64,000 nucleotides of DNA from Candidatus Omnitrophota bacterium (GTDB lineage Bacteria; Omnitrophota; Gorgyraeia; Gygaellales; Gygaellaceae), in the NCBI GenBank assembly GCA_018400015.1, contig JAGYNB010000002.1:52402-116401 (forward strand). Direction: 5' to 3'. Under the pieces are notes generated by a model. It had not been told where the DNA came from and made no database searches. It saw only the letters and a list, made by a program, of their open reading frames with translations. Each line of letters opens with the position of its first letter. Position 1 is the stretch's first letter. Positions 52,962 through 63,092 of this stretch are shown in pieces. The translations under genes were made by a program, and so were the position numbers.

Positions 52962-53216
52962 ATGTTCGGTCCTTTAATAGCAAAACCAGGTTCAAGTCAG
53001 CATAATAAAACAGGTTCATGGCGAATAAAGTCTAGGCCAAAATTCTTAAAAAAAGAGTGTATTGGTTGTAAGCTGTGTATTTTAGTTTGTCCTGAAAGCT
53101 GCATTACGGGAAGCGATAAGGATACCATAAATTGCGATCTTGATTACTGTAAAGGTTGTGGTTTATGTGTAAAGATCTGTCCTAAAAAAGATATCATAAT
53201 GGAAGAGGAAAGATGA
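52962..53216 (+). CDS. porD: pyruvate:ferredoxin oxidoreductase delta subunit (2x[4Fe-4S])
   Basis: CIGCKLCILVCPE and CKGCGLCVKICP ferredoxin motifs. Confidence 0.85.
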   Translation: MFGPLIAKPGSSQHNKTGSWRIKSRPKFLKKECIGCKLCILVCPESCITGSDKDTINCDLDYCKGCGLCVKICPKKDIIMEEER

Positions 53217-54388
53217 GACAGTTTCTTGAAGGCTCACAGGCTATTGCTAAAATCGTATCTCTTTGTCGGCCGGGTGTGATATCGGCATATCCTATAACTC
53301 CCCAGACGCATATAGTTGAAGGCTTGGCACAGTATGTTGCCGATGGAAAGTTAAAAAGTGAATTTGTTAACGTAGAAAGTGAACATTCAGCAGCTTCTGT
53401 GGTATTAGGCGGTTCTGCAGCAGGATCAAGAGTATTTACGGCAACCAGCTCTCAAGGGCTGTTTTTGATGGCTGAGGTTGTATTTAATATTGCCGGTATG
53501 AGGCTTCCTGTTGTAATGGTTGTGGCAAACCGCGCGATATCAGCCCCTATAAATATTTGGAACGACCATCAGGACAGCATTTCTTTAAGAGATTCAGGTT
53601 GGATTCAGTTGTATGCTGAAAGCATACAAGAGGCAGTTGATGCTACAATTCTTGCATATAGAATTGCTGAGAATAAAGATATTCTTTTACCGGTTATGGT
53701 GTGTATGGACGGTTTTATACTTACTCATGGGTTAGAACCTGTTGATATGCCGCAGGAACAAGATGTTAAAAAGTTCCTTCCAGACTACAAGGCAATTCTG
53801 AAATTAGATGTTGATAAGCCTATAAGCATGGGTTTATTAGCCGATCCGGATTATTATCTGGAGACTAGGTATGCGATTCAAAAAACGCACGAAGATGTTT
53901 TAGGGCTTATTCCTAAATTATCCGAAGAATTCGAGAATGTATTTACAAGAAAATGTGTTGGTTTAGTAGAAGAGTACCATACTAAAGATGCGGATAAAAT
54001 TATTGTTGCTATGGGTTCTGTATGCGGAACGATAAAAGAAGCAGTTGATATAATGCGTTCTAAGAAAAAAAAGGTAGGGTTGTTAAAAATAAGTACCTAC
54101 AGACCATTTCCTTATAAGGAAATATGCCGGGTTCTTTCAAAGGCAAAATCAGTTGCCGTATTGGATAAGGCAGTTTCTTTAGGGGCATACGGTCCGTTAT
54201 ATGCAGATATAACCAGTGCTTTTTCAGGAAAATCTAAATCACCTAAAATTAGCGGTTTTGTAGCAGGTTTAGGTGGAAGAGATATTATGCTGGACACGAT
54301 TTATGCAATCTTTAAGAAGCTTAATGGTACGGCAAAACCTTGCGAATATGTCGATGTAAAACAGGAATTATTAAGAGATCATTTATGA
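53213..54388 (+). CDS. porA: pyruvate:ferredoxin oxidoreductase alpha subunit
   Basis: PorA family similarity, gene order G-D-A-B. Confidence 0.85.
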   Translation: MRQFLEGSQAIAKIVSLCRPGVISAYPITPQTHIVEGLAQYVADGKLKSEFVNVESEHSAASVVLGGSAAGSRVFTATSSQGLFLMAEVVFNIAGMRLPVVMVVANRAISAPINIWNDHQDSISLRDSGWIQLYAESIQEAVDATILAYRIAENKDILLPVMVCMDGFILTHGLEPVDMPQEQDVKKFLPDYKAILKLDVDKPISMGLLADPDYYLETRYAIQKTHEDVLGLIPKLSEEFENVFTRKCVGLVEEYHTKDADKIIVAMGSVCGTIKEAVDIMRSKKKKVGLLKISTYRPFPYKEICRVLSKAKSVAVLDKAVSLGAYGPLYADITSAFSGKSKSPKISGFVAGLGGRDIMLDTIYAIFKKLNGTAKPCEYVDVKQELLRDHL

Positions 54389-55278
54389 GTAAAGATACCG
54401 TTAATAACGAAAAACCTTATTTGTTAAAACCAGGGCATACTGCTTGTGCTGGCTGCGGGCAATCTTTGGCTGCGCGTCTTGTGATTGATGCAGCAGGTAA
54501 AAACACTATTGTGGTTAATAATACAGGATGTCTCGAGGTGTTTAGTACCAAATGTCCAGAATCAAGCTGGGATGTTCCTTGGGTGCATTCGCTTTTTGAG
54601 AATGCCGCTGCCGTAGCCTCAGGAGTAGAAGCCTCATTGAAGCATTTTAATAAAAAAGATAAAATAAATGTTATAGCTCAAGCTGGAGACGGCGGTACCG
54701 CGGATATCGGTTTACAGGCTCTTTCAGGCATGCTTGAAAGAGGTCATGATATATTATATGTTTGTTATGATAACGAAGCTTATATGAATACGGGAATTCA
54801 GCGTAGCGGTCTTACACCTTTTAGCTCCAACACAACGACAACTCCGCCAGGAAGCGAATCTAAAGGTAATTGGAGGCCGAAAAAACCAATTCATGAGATA
54901 TGTAATGCCCATGGGATACCTTATGTTGCAACTGCTACGATTGCCTATCCGCAGGATATACAGCAAAAGGTGAAAAAGGCTCTTTCTATTAAGGGGCCAA
55001 AATACATGCAGATACATGTACCCTGTCCTTTGGGGTGGAGATTTGATTCATCTTTGTCTTTAGAGGTTGCCAAGCTTGCTGTAGAAACCGGGCTTTATCC
55101 GATAATAGAATACGAACAGGGAGCCCTTTCCAGGGTCAGAAAAATTATCCCTAAGCCAGTAGTAGAATATTTGAAAACACAAGGAAGATTTAAACACCTT
55201 TTAAAAGACGAACAGGCAATATCTGGGGTTCAGAGGATTGCCGATATCAATATAGAAACATACGGTCTTAAAAGTTAG
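54385..55278 (+). CDS. porB: pyruvate:ferredoxin oxidoreductase beta subunit (TPP-binding)
   Basis: CAGCG.. and GDGGTADIG TPP/Fe-S motifs; start taken at MSKDTV, overlapping the porA stop. Confidence 0.85.
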   Translation: MSKDTVNNEKPYLLKPGHTACAGCGQSLAARLVIDAAGKNTIVVNNTGCLEVFSTKCPESSWDVPWVHSLFENAAAVASGVEASLKHFNKKDKINVIAQAGDGGTADIGLQALSGMLERGHDILYVCYDNEAYMNTGIQRSGLTPFSSNTTTTPPGSESKGNWRPKKPIHEICNAHGIPYVATATIAYPQDIQQKVKKALSIKGPKYMQIHVPCPLGWRFDSSLSLEVAKLAVETGLYPIIEYEQGALSRVRKIIPKPVVEYLKTQGRFKHLLKDEQAISGVQRIADINIETYGLKS

Positions 55279-55288
55279 TAAAAAGGAG

Positions 55289-55474
55289 ATGGCAATGAAA
55301 GTAACAGTTGATGAATCTTTATGCGTTGGTTGCGGTCTGTGTGAGACTAATTGTCCTGAAGTTTTCAAGATGGATAATGGCGTTGCCAAGGTGTTAAAAT
55401 CTGACGGTTCAGGATGCGATGTAAAATCTATGGCCGAGCAGTGTCCTGTAACAGCGATAAAGGTGGAAGAATAA
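55289..55474 (+). CDS. single-cluster [4Fe-4S]/[3Fe-4S] ferredoxin
   Basis: CVGCGLCETNCP ... CP motif in 61 aa. Confidence 0.8.
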   Translation: MAMKVTVDESLCVGCGLCETNCPEVFKMDNGVAKVLKSDGSGCDVKSMAEQCPVTAIKVEE

Positions 55475-55487
55475 TAAAATCACTCTT

Positions 55488-56336
55488 GTGAAAGAGGCAA
55501 GATTTTATAAGGCGTTAGATGGGGATAAGGTTCAGTGTGAGCTTTGTCCCCATTTTTGTTTAATAGAGCCTGATAAAATCGGGATCTGTAAGGTAAGAAA
55601 AAATATTAAAGGCAGGCTCTACTCGCTTAATTATGCAAAAATAAGTTCCCTCGCGTTAGACCCAATAGAAAAAAAACCTCTTTACCATTTTCATTCAGGA
55701 GAATATATTCTTTCAGTTGGCACATCCGGGTGTAATTTGAAATGTTTGTTTTGCCAGAACTGGAGCATATCACAAGAAACACCAGATTTAAAGCAAATTT
55801 CAAGCGAATTCTTGGTTCAGGAGGCCAAATCGAATGATTCTTTTGGTATCGCTTATACTTATAATGAGCCTTTTATCTGGTATGAGTTTGTGTTTGATAC
55901 GGCCAGACTCGCTAAGGAAAACGGTTTAAGAAATGTATTGGTTACAAATGGTTTTATAAATCCAAAGCCGCTTAAAGATATGTTGCAATTTATCGATGCG
56001 ATGAATATAGATTTAAAATCAATCGGTAATAATTTTTATAAAGATTATTGTAAAGCAAGCCTAAAACCAGTATTAGAAACGATAAAAACATCTTCTCGAT
56101 ATTGTCATGTGGAATTGACCAATCTTGTGATATCCGGTCTTAACGATAAAGAGGAGAATTTTATTCAGTTGAGAGATTGGATTTATGATAATCTTGGACC
56201 GGATGCGATTCTTCATATCTCTAGGTATTTTCCATGTTATAAGATGAATATAATACCCACCCCAATAGATACGCTTAAAAAAGCACAAGAGATAATTGGA
56301 AAAAAATTAAGATATGTATATTTGGGAAATGTTTAG
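55488..56336 (+). CDS. AmmeMemoRadiSam-system-type radical SAM enzyme (PFL-activase-like)
   Basis: N-terminal CELCPHFC and SGCNLKCLFCQNW radical-SAM CxxxCxxC cluster. Confidence 0.75.
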   Translation: MKEARFYKALDGDKVQCELCPHFCLIEPDKIGICKVRKNIKGRLYSLNYAKISSLALDPIEKKPLYHFHSGEYILSVGTSGCNLKCLFCQNWSISQETPDLKQISSEFLVQEAKSNDSFGIAYTYNEPFIWYEFVFDTARLAKENGLRNVLVTNGFINPKPLKDMLQFIDAMNIDLKSIGNNFYKDYCKASLKPVLETIKTSSRYCHVELTNLVISGLNDKEENFIQLRDWIYDNLGPDAILHISRYFPCYKMNIIPTPIDTLKKAQEIIGKKLRYVYLGNV

Positions 56337-57793
56337 TCTGTAAGGGCAGAAATATTGCTTTTTAGGTTAGCTTTTTCTCTTACCGAATTTAAAAGCTTCA
56401 AGTTGACGTTATTTTCTTCTTTTTCAAGTTCTGATTTTAGAAATTCCTCTTTTTTTTCAGCAAATTTATTTATATCCACCGGATAAAGTTTATCAAGCGA
56501 GATTATATAAAATTTGTTTTCAATCCTTAACGGAGGGCTTATTTCTTTATCTTTTAGTATAAAAGCGATATCGGAAAGCTCGTTGCTGTATCCTAATTTT
56601 GGGAACATCTTTGTTTGTCTGGTGAAGGTGTCAGTTGTGTAAGGTTTCTTTTTTAAAGATTTTGCCAATTGCTCGAACGTAATATTTGGGTTTTCTTTTT
56701 GTTTCTTTATCATTGCATCGTATAGGGAATTTATTTTCTCTAAAGCCAGTTTTGCTTTTTGTTCATTTATGATTTTGGTTATGAGCATATCTTTTGCTTT
56801 CATAAAGTCAATAGTATAGTCGGATTGTTTTTCTAAAACTTTTAGCATATAGTAACCGTTATTTATTTCCATAGGATTAGAGATTTTTCCAACCTCCATA
56901 AATGTAGAAATCGCAATTATTTGGTTTTCTGGATTATCGTTTAAAAGTAATTGATTATCAGCGATTTTTTCTCCCGTGGTTTTAAATACAAGGGAGTTAG
57001 ATTTGGCAAATTCTTCTAAATCAGTATCTTCATCGATGTTTTTTGCCAAGGAATCAAGTTTTTGTTTGAGGATTTCTTTTTCTTCTTTTGTCAATTGCTG
57101 CTTGTATGGTGAGCCTATGTAGGCAGCATTTATCATAACTTTATTTTGGAAATCGTTGATATTTTTTTCGTAGTAGTCTTTTAATTCCTCAATAGAGGGA
57201 TTTTTTATTTGGAAATCATCGCAATCTACGAATATGTAATCAATAGATACCTTTTCATATTGGTCTTTGTAACGAGAAAGAAGATCTTGGTCGGTAATTT
57301 TAATTTCAGATGTATTTTGGGAATAGAGCTTTTCAATGGTAAGCGCATCGCGAATTTCCTCTTCGAATTGTCGTTTTGATATATTAAATGTTGTTTGCAA
57401 TATTTGTTGGTAAAGGTATTTATCAAATACACCGTTTTTTTTGAAAAACGGCATTGAGGTTATTGTGTTTATTACTTCTTTATCGCTTACTTTTATTCTT
57501 CTTTTTCTCGCCTCGTTTAAAAGCAATAATCTGTCCCAGGACAGTTTATTTATGGTAAAAGGGTTTGGTTTTTGATTTATGCCTTTTAATGCGAATATAT
57601 GTTCTACCGCAAGTTTGCTTTTTAGGAATTTCTCTATAGATATTTTTTTGCCGAACATTTCTCCGGCATGTTCGCTTGACGATCTATTCTGAAGAGCGAA
57701 ATTCGCACCCCAGAATATAAAGGAAGGAACGATTAAAGCGGTTAAGACCCAAAATATTCCTTTTATGTGTTTTTTGCTTAATTTGCCGAACAT
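56333..57793 (-). CDS. PpiD/SurA-like periplasmic chaperone (N-terminal TM anchor)
   Basis: MFGKLSKKHIKGIFWVLTALIV anchor typical of PpiD and a SurA_N-like domain; no clear parvulin motif. Confidence 0.6.
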   Translation of the reverse strand: MFGKLSKKHIKGIFWVLTALIVPSFIFWGANFALQNRSSSEHAGEMFGKKISIEKFLKSKLAVEHIFALKGINQKPNPFTINKLSWDRLLLLNEARKRRIKVSDKEVINTITSMPFFKKNGVFDKYLYQQILQTTFNISKRQFEEEIRDALTIEKLYSQNTSEIKITDQDLLSRYKDQYEKVSIDYIFVDCDDFQIKNPSIEELKDYYEKNINDFQNKVMINAAYIGSPYKQQLTKEEKEILKQKLDSLAKNIDEDTDLEEFAKSNSLVFKTTGEKIADNQLLLNDNPENQIIAISTFMEVGKISNPMEINNGYYMLKVLEKQSDYTIDFMKAKDMLITKIINEQKAKLALEKINSLYDAMIKKQKENPNITFEQLAKSLKKKPYTTDTFTRQTKMFPKLGYSNELSDIAFILKDKEISPPLRIENKFYIISLDKLYPVDINKFAEKKEEFLKSELEKEENNVNLKLLNSVREKANLKSNISALTD

Positions 57794-57857
57794 AGTATAT
57801 ATTTATACACTAATTTAATATATTTGCAATAATTTTCTTTACAAAATATCCTTTAAT

Positions 57858-58775
57858 ATGTATAATGAGCGCAAACGAAATATGAAAATGAAGAAAAATA
57901 ATAATATTTTAAAGTTTGGTTTACCAAAGGGGAGTCTTCAGGAATCTACTTTCAAGATGTTGCGTAAAGCAGGGTTCAATATTTCTGTATCGTCGCGTTC
58001 GTATTTTCCTAGTATCGACGATAATGAGATTGAGTGTGTATTGTTGCGCGCTCAAGAAATGTCCCGTTACGTAGAACAAGGTGCTTTAGATTGCGGTATA
58101 ACTGGTAATGATTGGATTCTTGAAAATGGATCAAAAGTAGAAAAGATTGCCGATCTTGTTTATGCCAAGCAAAGTCTTATGCCTGTAAGATGGGTATTTG
58201 CGGTTCCGGAAAGTTCCTCTATGCGTAGCGTTCGTGATCTAAAAGGAAAGCTTATTGCCACTGAATTAGTTAACGCAACAAAGAAATTCTTAAAGAAAAA
58301 GAAAGTCAATGCCGAAGTGGAATTCAGTTGGGGAGCTACGGAAGTAAAAGTTGCGTCAAATCTAGTAGACGCGATAGTAGAACTTACCGAAACCGGCAGA
58401 AGCTTAAGAGCCAATAAATTAAGAATTATTGATACTTTGTGTACTTCTACAACACAGTTTATCGCCAATAAGTCTTCTTATAAGAATTCTTGGAAAAAAG
58501 AGAAAATTAATAATCTTAAATTGCTTTTAAACGGTGCTATTGCGGCTGAAGGAAAAGTCGGGCTAAAGATGAATGTTTGCGATAAGAATCTTAATAAATT
58601 GCTCAAGGTCGTTTCTGCTTTGAGAAACCCTACGATATCTAAATTAAGTAAGCCAGGCTGGGTGGCTTTGGAAGTAGTTATCAATGAGAGCATAGTACGA
58701 AAGATTATTCCCTCTTTAAAAGCAAACGGAGCAGAGGGGATTATCGAATACGCTCTTAATAAGCTTATATATTAG
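57858..58775 (+). CDS. hisG: ATP phosphoribosyltransferase, long form with C-terminal regulatory domain
   Basis: [10 protein letters not shown] and catalytic [12 protein letters not shown] motifs; true start may be one of the internal Met at 57882/57888. Confidence 0.8.
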   Translation: MYNERKRNMKMKKNNNILKFGLPKGSLQESTFKMLRKAGFNISVSSRSYFPSIDDNEIECVLLRAQEMSRYVEQGALDCGITGNDWILENGSKVEKIADLVYAKQSLMPVRWVFAVPESSSMRSVRDLKGKLIATELVNATKKFLKKKKVNAEVEFSWGATEVKVASNLVDAIVELTETGRSLRANKLRIIDTLCTSTTQFIANKSSYKNSWKKEKINNLKLLLNGAIAAEGKVGLKMNVCDKNLNKLLKVVSALRNPTISKLSKPGWVALEVVINESIVRKIIPSLKANGAEGIIEYALNKLIY

Positions 58776-58797
58776 TTTATATCAGGAGGAATTATTT

Positions 58798-58899
58798 ATG
58801 CCTTGCGGAAAAAAAAGAAAAAGAAGGAAAATCCGCACCCATAAGAGAAAGAAATCAAGAAGGCGTCTACGTCACGTCAAAAAGAGAGACTGGAACTAA
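58798..58899 (+). CDS. 33-aa hyper-basic peptide, putative ribosomal protein bS22/THX-like
   Basis: MPCGKKRKRRKIRTHKRKKSRRRLRHVKKRDWN; AGGAGG Shine-Dalgarno 8 nt upstream; not in the ORF track (<60 aa). Confidence 0.5.
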   Translation: MPCGKKRKRRKIRTHKRKKSRRRLRHVKKRDWN

Positions 58900-58921
58900 T
58901 TTCTCCTAACTTTGGCCACTG

Positions 58922-59920
58922 ATGTTCTTTTCTTTAAAGACAAGAATAATATTAAAGACGGCTTTACTGGTAGCGGCTTTTGTTGTTTTTGCGAAGTTAA
59001 CCTATGCAAAAACGAAAGTTGATAATGCTACTTTGTATAAGAATTATCTTTGTGGTGCTTATTCTAATTCACTTGGTGATTTAGAGAATGCAGAGTTCTT
59101 TTATAATCAGGCTTTAGCCATAGATAAAGATAGCATTGAGTTAAATTTAATGCTTTCTAATGTCTATATATATTCTGGAAATTTGTTAAAAGCCAGGGAT
59201 AGTTTAAGAAGAGTAACCGAACTTGATCCTGGTATTTTCTCTGCCAGGTTGTTTTTAGCTTTGGTTTATAATGCATTAGGCAATAATGCGGCAGCAAACA
59301 GCGAGTACGAAAAGTTGCTTTTGATTTTAGTTGATTCACATCCTGACAATATAGAATATAAACATTCTTTGGCGCAGATTTATTATAATAATGGAAGACT
59401 TGAGCAAGCCAGCGATATATTTAAAGATATTCTTGCGAAAGACCAAAAGGATTACAAAGCTAATTTTTTCCTTGGTTTAATATTTGAAGAAAGGGATAAT
59501 TTAAAGACTGCAGTTGAGTATCTAAAGAATGCGATTAATTATAAACCTGATTTTGCTCAGGCGTTGAATTCTTTGGGATATCTTTATGCTGATTGTGGTG
59601 AGAATCTTGAGGAAGCAGAGGAGTTGATTAAAAAAGCTTTAGAATTGGATCCGGAAAATCCTTTTTATCTTGATAGTTTAGGATGGGTTTATTATAAACG
59701 AGATAATTTTGAAGAAGCGATTTTTTATTTATCAAAAGCTGCAGGGTTAATGTCTGATAAAGTAATTTTTAATCATCTGGCAGATGTATACCATAAAAGC
59801 GGAAAGTTGGATAAAGCGACTGATTATTGGCAGAAATCATTAAACATTGATTCAAAGCAAAACGATATAAAAGAAATATTAAACAAGGTAAAAGTAAAAT
59901 TAAATGAAAACAAAAATTAA
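58922..59920 (+). CDS. TPR-repeat protein with N-terminal signal/anchor
   Basis: Hydrophobic N-terminus followed by multiple 34-aa TPR-like repeats. Confidence 0.6.
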   Translation: MFFSLKTRIILKTALLVAAFVVFAKLTYAKTKVDNATLYKNYLCGAYSNSLGDLENAEFFYNQALAIDKDSIELNLMLSNVYIYSGNLLKARDSLRRVTELDPGIFSARLFLALVYNALGNNAAANSEYEKLLLILVDSHPDNIEYKHSLAQIYYNNGRLEQASDIFKDILAKDQKDYKANFFLGLIFEERDNLKTAVEYLKNAINYKPDFAQALNSLGYLYADCGENLEEAEELIKKALELDPENPFYLDSLGWVYYKRDNFEEAIFYLSKAAGLMSDKVIFNHLADVYHKSGKLDKATDYWQKSLNIDSKQNDIKEILNKVKVKLNENKN

Positions 59921-60743
59921 TTACTCACAGCAAGATTTAGACCAGTTAAGTTGTTTAGCTAATAAAATTAGGTGTCATATTGTTAAGATGATTTCAATTG
60001 CTAAAAGCGGTCATCCAGGAGGAAGCCTTTCTTCTGCAGAATTATTGACAGCTTTATACTTTAAAGTTATGAAGCACGATCCAAAGCGTCCTGATTGGCC
60101 GGATAGAGATAGATTTCATCTTTCTAAAGGGCATTGTTGTCCATTGTGGTATGCAGTATTGGCAGAGTCAGGTTATTTTTCAGTTGAAGAATTAAATACC
60201 TTAAGGAAGCTTGGCACTACGCTTCAGGGTCATCCGGACAGACGCGCTAAAGGTGTTGATGTTGCTAGCGGTTCTTTAGGGCAGGGTTTATCCGTTGCGT
60301 TAGGAATGTCTTTAGCTGCTAAAATGGACAAGTTAGATTACAGAGTTTATTGTCTTATGGGCGATGGTGAAATTCAGGAAGGTAATATTTGGGAAGCGGC
60401 AATGGCCTGCGTTCATTATAAATGCGATAACATATGCGCATTATTGGATTATAATGGATTTCAGATAGATGGCAAGACAGAAGAAGTTATGAATCTTGAG
60501 CCATTATCTGATAAATGGCGTTCTTTTGGTTGGCATACAGTTACTATTGATGGTCATGACATGAAGCAGATACTCGATGCCTATAATGAGGCCTTGTCTA
60601 TCAAAACAAAACCTACGATTATTATTGCACGCACCACCAAAGGCAAAGGCGTAAGCTGTATGGAGAATATTTGTGATTTTCACGGGCGCGCTCCCAACGA
60701 AGAAGAAACAAAACAGGCTCTTAAAGATCTAGGGGAAAACTAA
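59904..60743 (+). CDS. transketolase, N-terminal (TPP-binding) subunit
   Basis: SGHPGGSLSSAE and GDGEIQEG motifs. Confidence 0.85.
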   Translation: MKTKINYSQQDLDQLSCLANKIRCHIVKMISIAKSGHPGGSLSSAELLTALYFKVMKHDPKRPDWPDRDRFHLSKGHCCPLWYAVLAESGYFSVEELNTLRKLGTTLQGHPDRRAKGVDVASGSLGQGLSVALGMSLAAKMDKLDYRVYCLMGDGEIQEGNIWEAAMACVHYKCDNICALLDYNGFQIDGKTEEVMNLEPLSDKWRSFGWHTVTIDGHDMKQILDAYNEALSIKTKPTIIIARTTKGKGVSCMENICDFHGRAPNEEETKQALKDLGEN

Positions 60744-60745
60744 CT

Positions 60746-61675
60746 ATGGAAAAAATGTACCAAAGAGACGTTTATGGCAAGACTTTAGTCGAGCTAGGTA
60801 AAAAATATAAAGATATTGTGGTTTTAGATGCAGATCTTTCTGGTTCTACAAGGACATCTCTTTTTGCCAAAGAATTCAAGGATAGATTTTTTAATTTTGG
60901 CGTGGCTGAGCAGAATATGATGGCAACCGCTGCTGGTTTAGCAAGTTGCGGAAAGAAAGTATTCGTTTCTACTTTTGCTATGTTTGCATCCGGACGGGCT
61001 TGGGACCAGGTAAGAAATAGCATTTGTTACAATAGGTTTAATGTAAAAATAGTTGCAACTCATGCCGGACTTACCGTTGGGCCTGACGGTGCAAGCCATC
61101 AGGCTTTGGAAGATTTAGCCTTGATGAGCGTTATTCCAGGAATGAGAGTTATTATTCCCTGCGATGGTCCGCAAACAAAAGATGCAATTGTTGCTGCTTA
61201 TGAAAATGAAGGACCATTTTATGTTCGCCTTAGCCGTTCAAAATTCCCATCGGTAGAAAATCTTACTGGTTTTGAGCTTGGTAAGGCACAAAGATTAAAA
61301 GAAGGAAAAGACATAACGATTTGTGCATGCGGAATTATGGTTGATGCAGCACTTAAAGCAGCAGATATTTTAAAAGCATCAGGCATAGATGCTCGCGTAG
61401 TGAATATCCATACGTTGAAACCGATAGATGAACAGGAGATTATTGATGCAGCCAGTCAGACTAAAGCAATTTTGGTTTGTGAAGAGCACAATATCATCGG
61501 CGGGCTTTTTAGTGCTGTTAGTCAAGTTGTTTGTGAAAATCAACCGACAAAAGTATGTTCTATATCCGTTAGGAATCGTTTTGGCCAGTCAGGAGAGCCA
61601 GATGAGCTACTTAAGAAATATCATTTAGATTCTAAAGATATAGTAGAATCGGCAGAAAAAATCCTTAAAGCTTAG
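60746..61675 (+). CDS. transketolase, C-terminal (pyrimidine-binding) subunit
   Basis: Tkt Pyr and C-terminal domain similarity, adjacent to the N-terminal subunit. Confidence 0.85.
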   Translation: MEKMYQRDVYGKTLVELGKKYKDIVVLDADLSGSTRTSLFAKEFKDRFFNFGVAEQNMMATAAGLASCGKKVFVSTFAMFASGRAWDQVRNSICYNRFNVKIVATHAGLTVGPDGASHQALEDLALMSVIPGMRVIIPCDGPQTKDAIVAAYENEGPFYVRLSRSKFPSVENLTGFELGKAQRLKEGKDITICACGIMVDAALKAADILKASGIDARVVNIHTLKPIDEQEIIDAASQTKAILVCEEHNIIGGLFSAVSQVVCENQPTKVCSISVRNRFGQSGEPDELLKKYHLDSKDIVESAEKILKA

Positions 61676-61685
61676 CTTTTTTATC

Positions 61686-62567
61686 ATGAAGCGTCTTTCC
61701 AAAAAAAGTCCTGCAAAAATAAACCTCTATTTGGATGTTCTTTCCAAAAGAAAAGACGGTTATCACAATATTCTTACTCTTTTTGAAAGAATCTCACTTT
61801 ATGATAGGGTTATTCTAGAAATCAAACACAATTACAGACAAATTAAGTTAATTTGTAATAAAAAAGGTATTCCAAGAAATAGCGATAATTTAGCTTATAA
61901 GGCAGCTGAACTTATAAGAAGAGATTTCAACATAGCCTCAGGTTTAAAAATTAAGCTTATAAAGAGTATTCCTTCTGGTGCCGGTTTAGGCGGAGCTTCT
62001 AGTAATGCTGCAACAGTACTTCTTGGCTTAAATAAGTTATATAATTTGAGATTATCTAAGAAGAAACTCTTTGGATATGCAGCAAAAATCGGTGCTGATG
62101 TAGGTTTTTTCCTTCTGGAGAAGAGTTTTGCTCTTGCAAAAGGCAAAGGAGATGAATTTTTGCCTATAAAGGGGCTAAAAAATGCTAAATTATGGCATTT
62201 ATTGTTTATTCCTAAGGCAAAAATACTTACTAAAAACGTATATAAAAGCCTTAATATTGCCAAGAATAAAAGTTTGACAAGATCTTTAAATAATGTTAGA
62301 CTAATGACTTACGCGTTAAGTAAGAATGATAACTCTCTTCTCTCGGGATTATTGTACAATAAGTTAGAGCAAGTAACTAAAAAGAAGCTTGTTAAGATCG
62401 AGAGAATAAAATATAAGCTAAAAGCGCTGGGCATTGATTTATGTTTAATGTCAGGCAGCGGGCCTGCAGTTTTTGGGATTATTAATACAAGAAAGGAGGC
62501 GCTAAGGCTTAAAAGAGGGTTCTCAGATATACGCAATACTGATATTTTCGTAGTCAGCACTTGTTAA
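61686..62567 (+). CDS. ispE: 4-diphosphocytidyl-2-C-methyl-D-erythritol kinase
   Basis: GHMP kinase motif PSGAGLGGASSNAA and KINLYL N-terminus. Confidence 0.85.
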   Translation: MKRLSKKSPAKINLYLDVLSKRKDGYHNILTLFERISLYDRVILEIKHNYRQIKLICNKKGIPRNSDNLAYKAAELIRRDFNIASGLKIKLIKSIPSGAGLGGASSNAATVLLGLNKLYNLRLSKKKLFGYAAKIGADVGFFLLEKSFALAKGKGDEFLPIKGLKNAKLWHLLFIPKAKILTKNVYKSLNIAKNKSLTRSLNNVRLMTYALSKNDNSLLSGLLYNKLEQVTKKKLVKIERIKYKLKALGIDLCLMSGSGPAVFGIINTRKEALRLKRGFSDIRNTDIFVVSTC

Positions 62568-62593
62568 TTTTCTTAATAAGGAGGCTTGTTCCT

Positions 62594-62989
62594 ATGGAGA
62601 TTACAGAGGTTAGGATTTTTCCTAGAGAAAGCGTTGATAAAAAACTTAGAGCTTACGCAGCTGTTACTTTTGATAATTCTTTTGTTGTTAGAAATATAAA
62701 AGTTATTCAAGGCAATAACGGATTGTTTATTGCAATGCCGTCGAGAAAAATAAAACAGTCATGTCCGAAATGTAATTTTAAAAATGAATCAAGGAGCAAA
62801 TTTTGCAATCAGTGTGGTGTGAGTTTACCAATAAAAGAAAAGCCTTTAACTCCAGGCGCTGATATGTTAAGCCAGATACAGGCCGAACATAAAGATATAG
62901 CCCATCCAATAACCCAAAGTTTCAGGGATTATTTGCAAAAAAGCATTCTTGAGGCATACGAACAGGAAAAGAATAAAATTCCTGCTTGA
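62594..62989 (+). CDS. spoVG: SpoVG-family protein with inserted zinc ribbon
   Basis: MEITEVRIFP...VIQGNNGLFIAMPS...DIAHPIT match SpoVG; CPKC..CNQC insert; AAGGAGG RBS. Confidence 0.75.
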   Translation: MEITEVRIFPRESVDKKLRAYAAVTFDNSFVVRNIKVIQGNNGLFIAMPSRKIKQSCPKCNFKNESRSKFCNQCGVSLPIKEKPLTPGADMLSQIQAEHKDIAHPITQSFRDYLQKSILEAYEQEKNKIPA

Positions 62990-63002
62990 AAAATTTTAAC
63001 TT

Positions 63003-63074
63003 TGCCCGGTAGTGTAATTGGTAACACACGAGAATTTGGGTCTCGCTTTTCTGGTTCGAGTCCAGACCGGGCAG
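63003..63074 (+). tRNA. tRNA-Gln (anticodon UUG)
   Basis: Manual cloverleaf: 7-bp acceptor stem (U1:A72), U8, D-stem GTGT/ACAC, anticodon stem CGAGA/TCTCG with loop ATTTGGG, T-arm TCTGG-TTCGAGT-CCAGA, discriminator G. Confidence 0.8.
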
Positions 63075-63092
63075 AATATGAAGGTAAAAATT

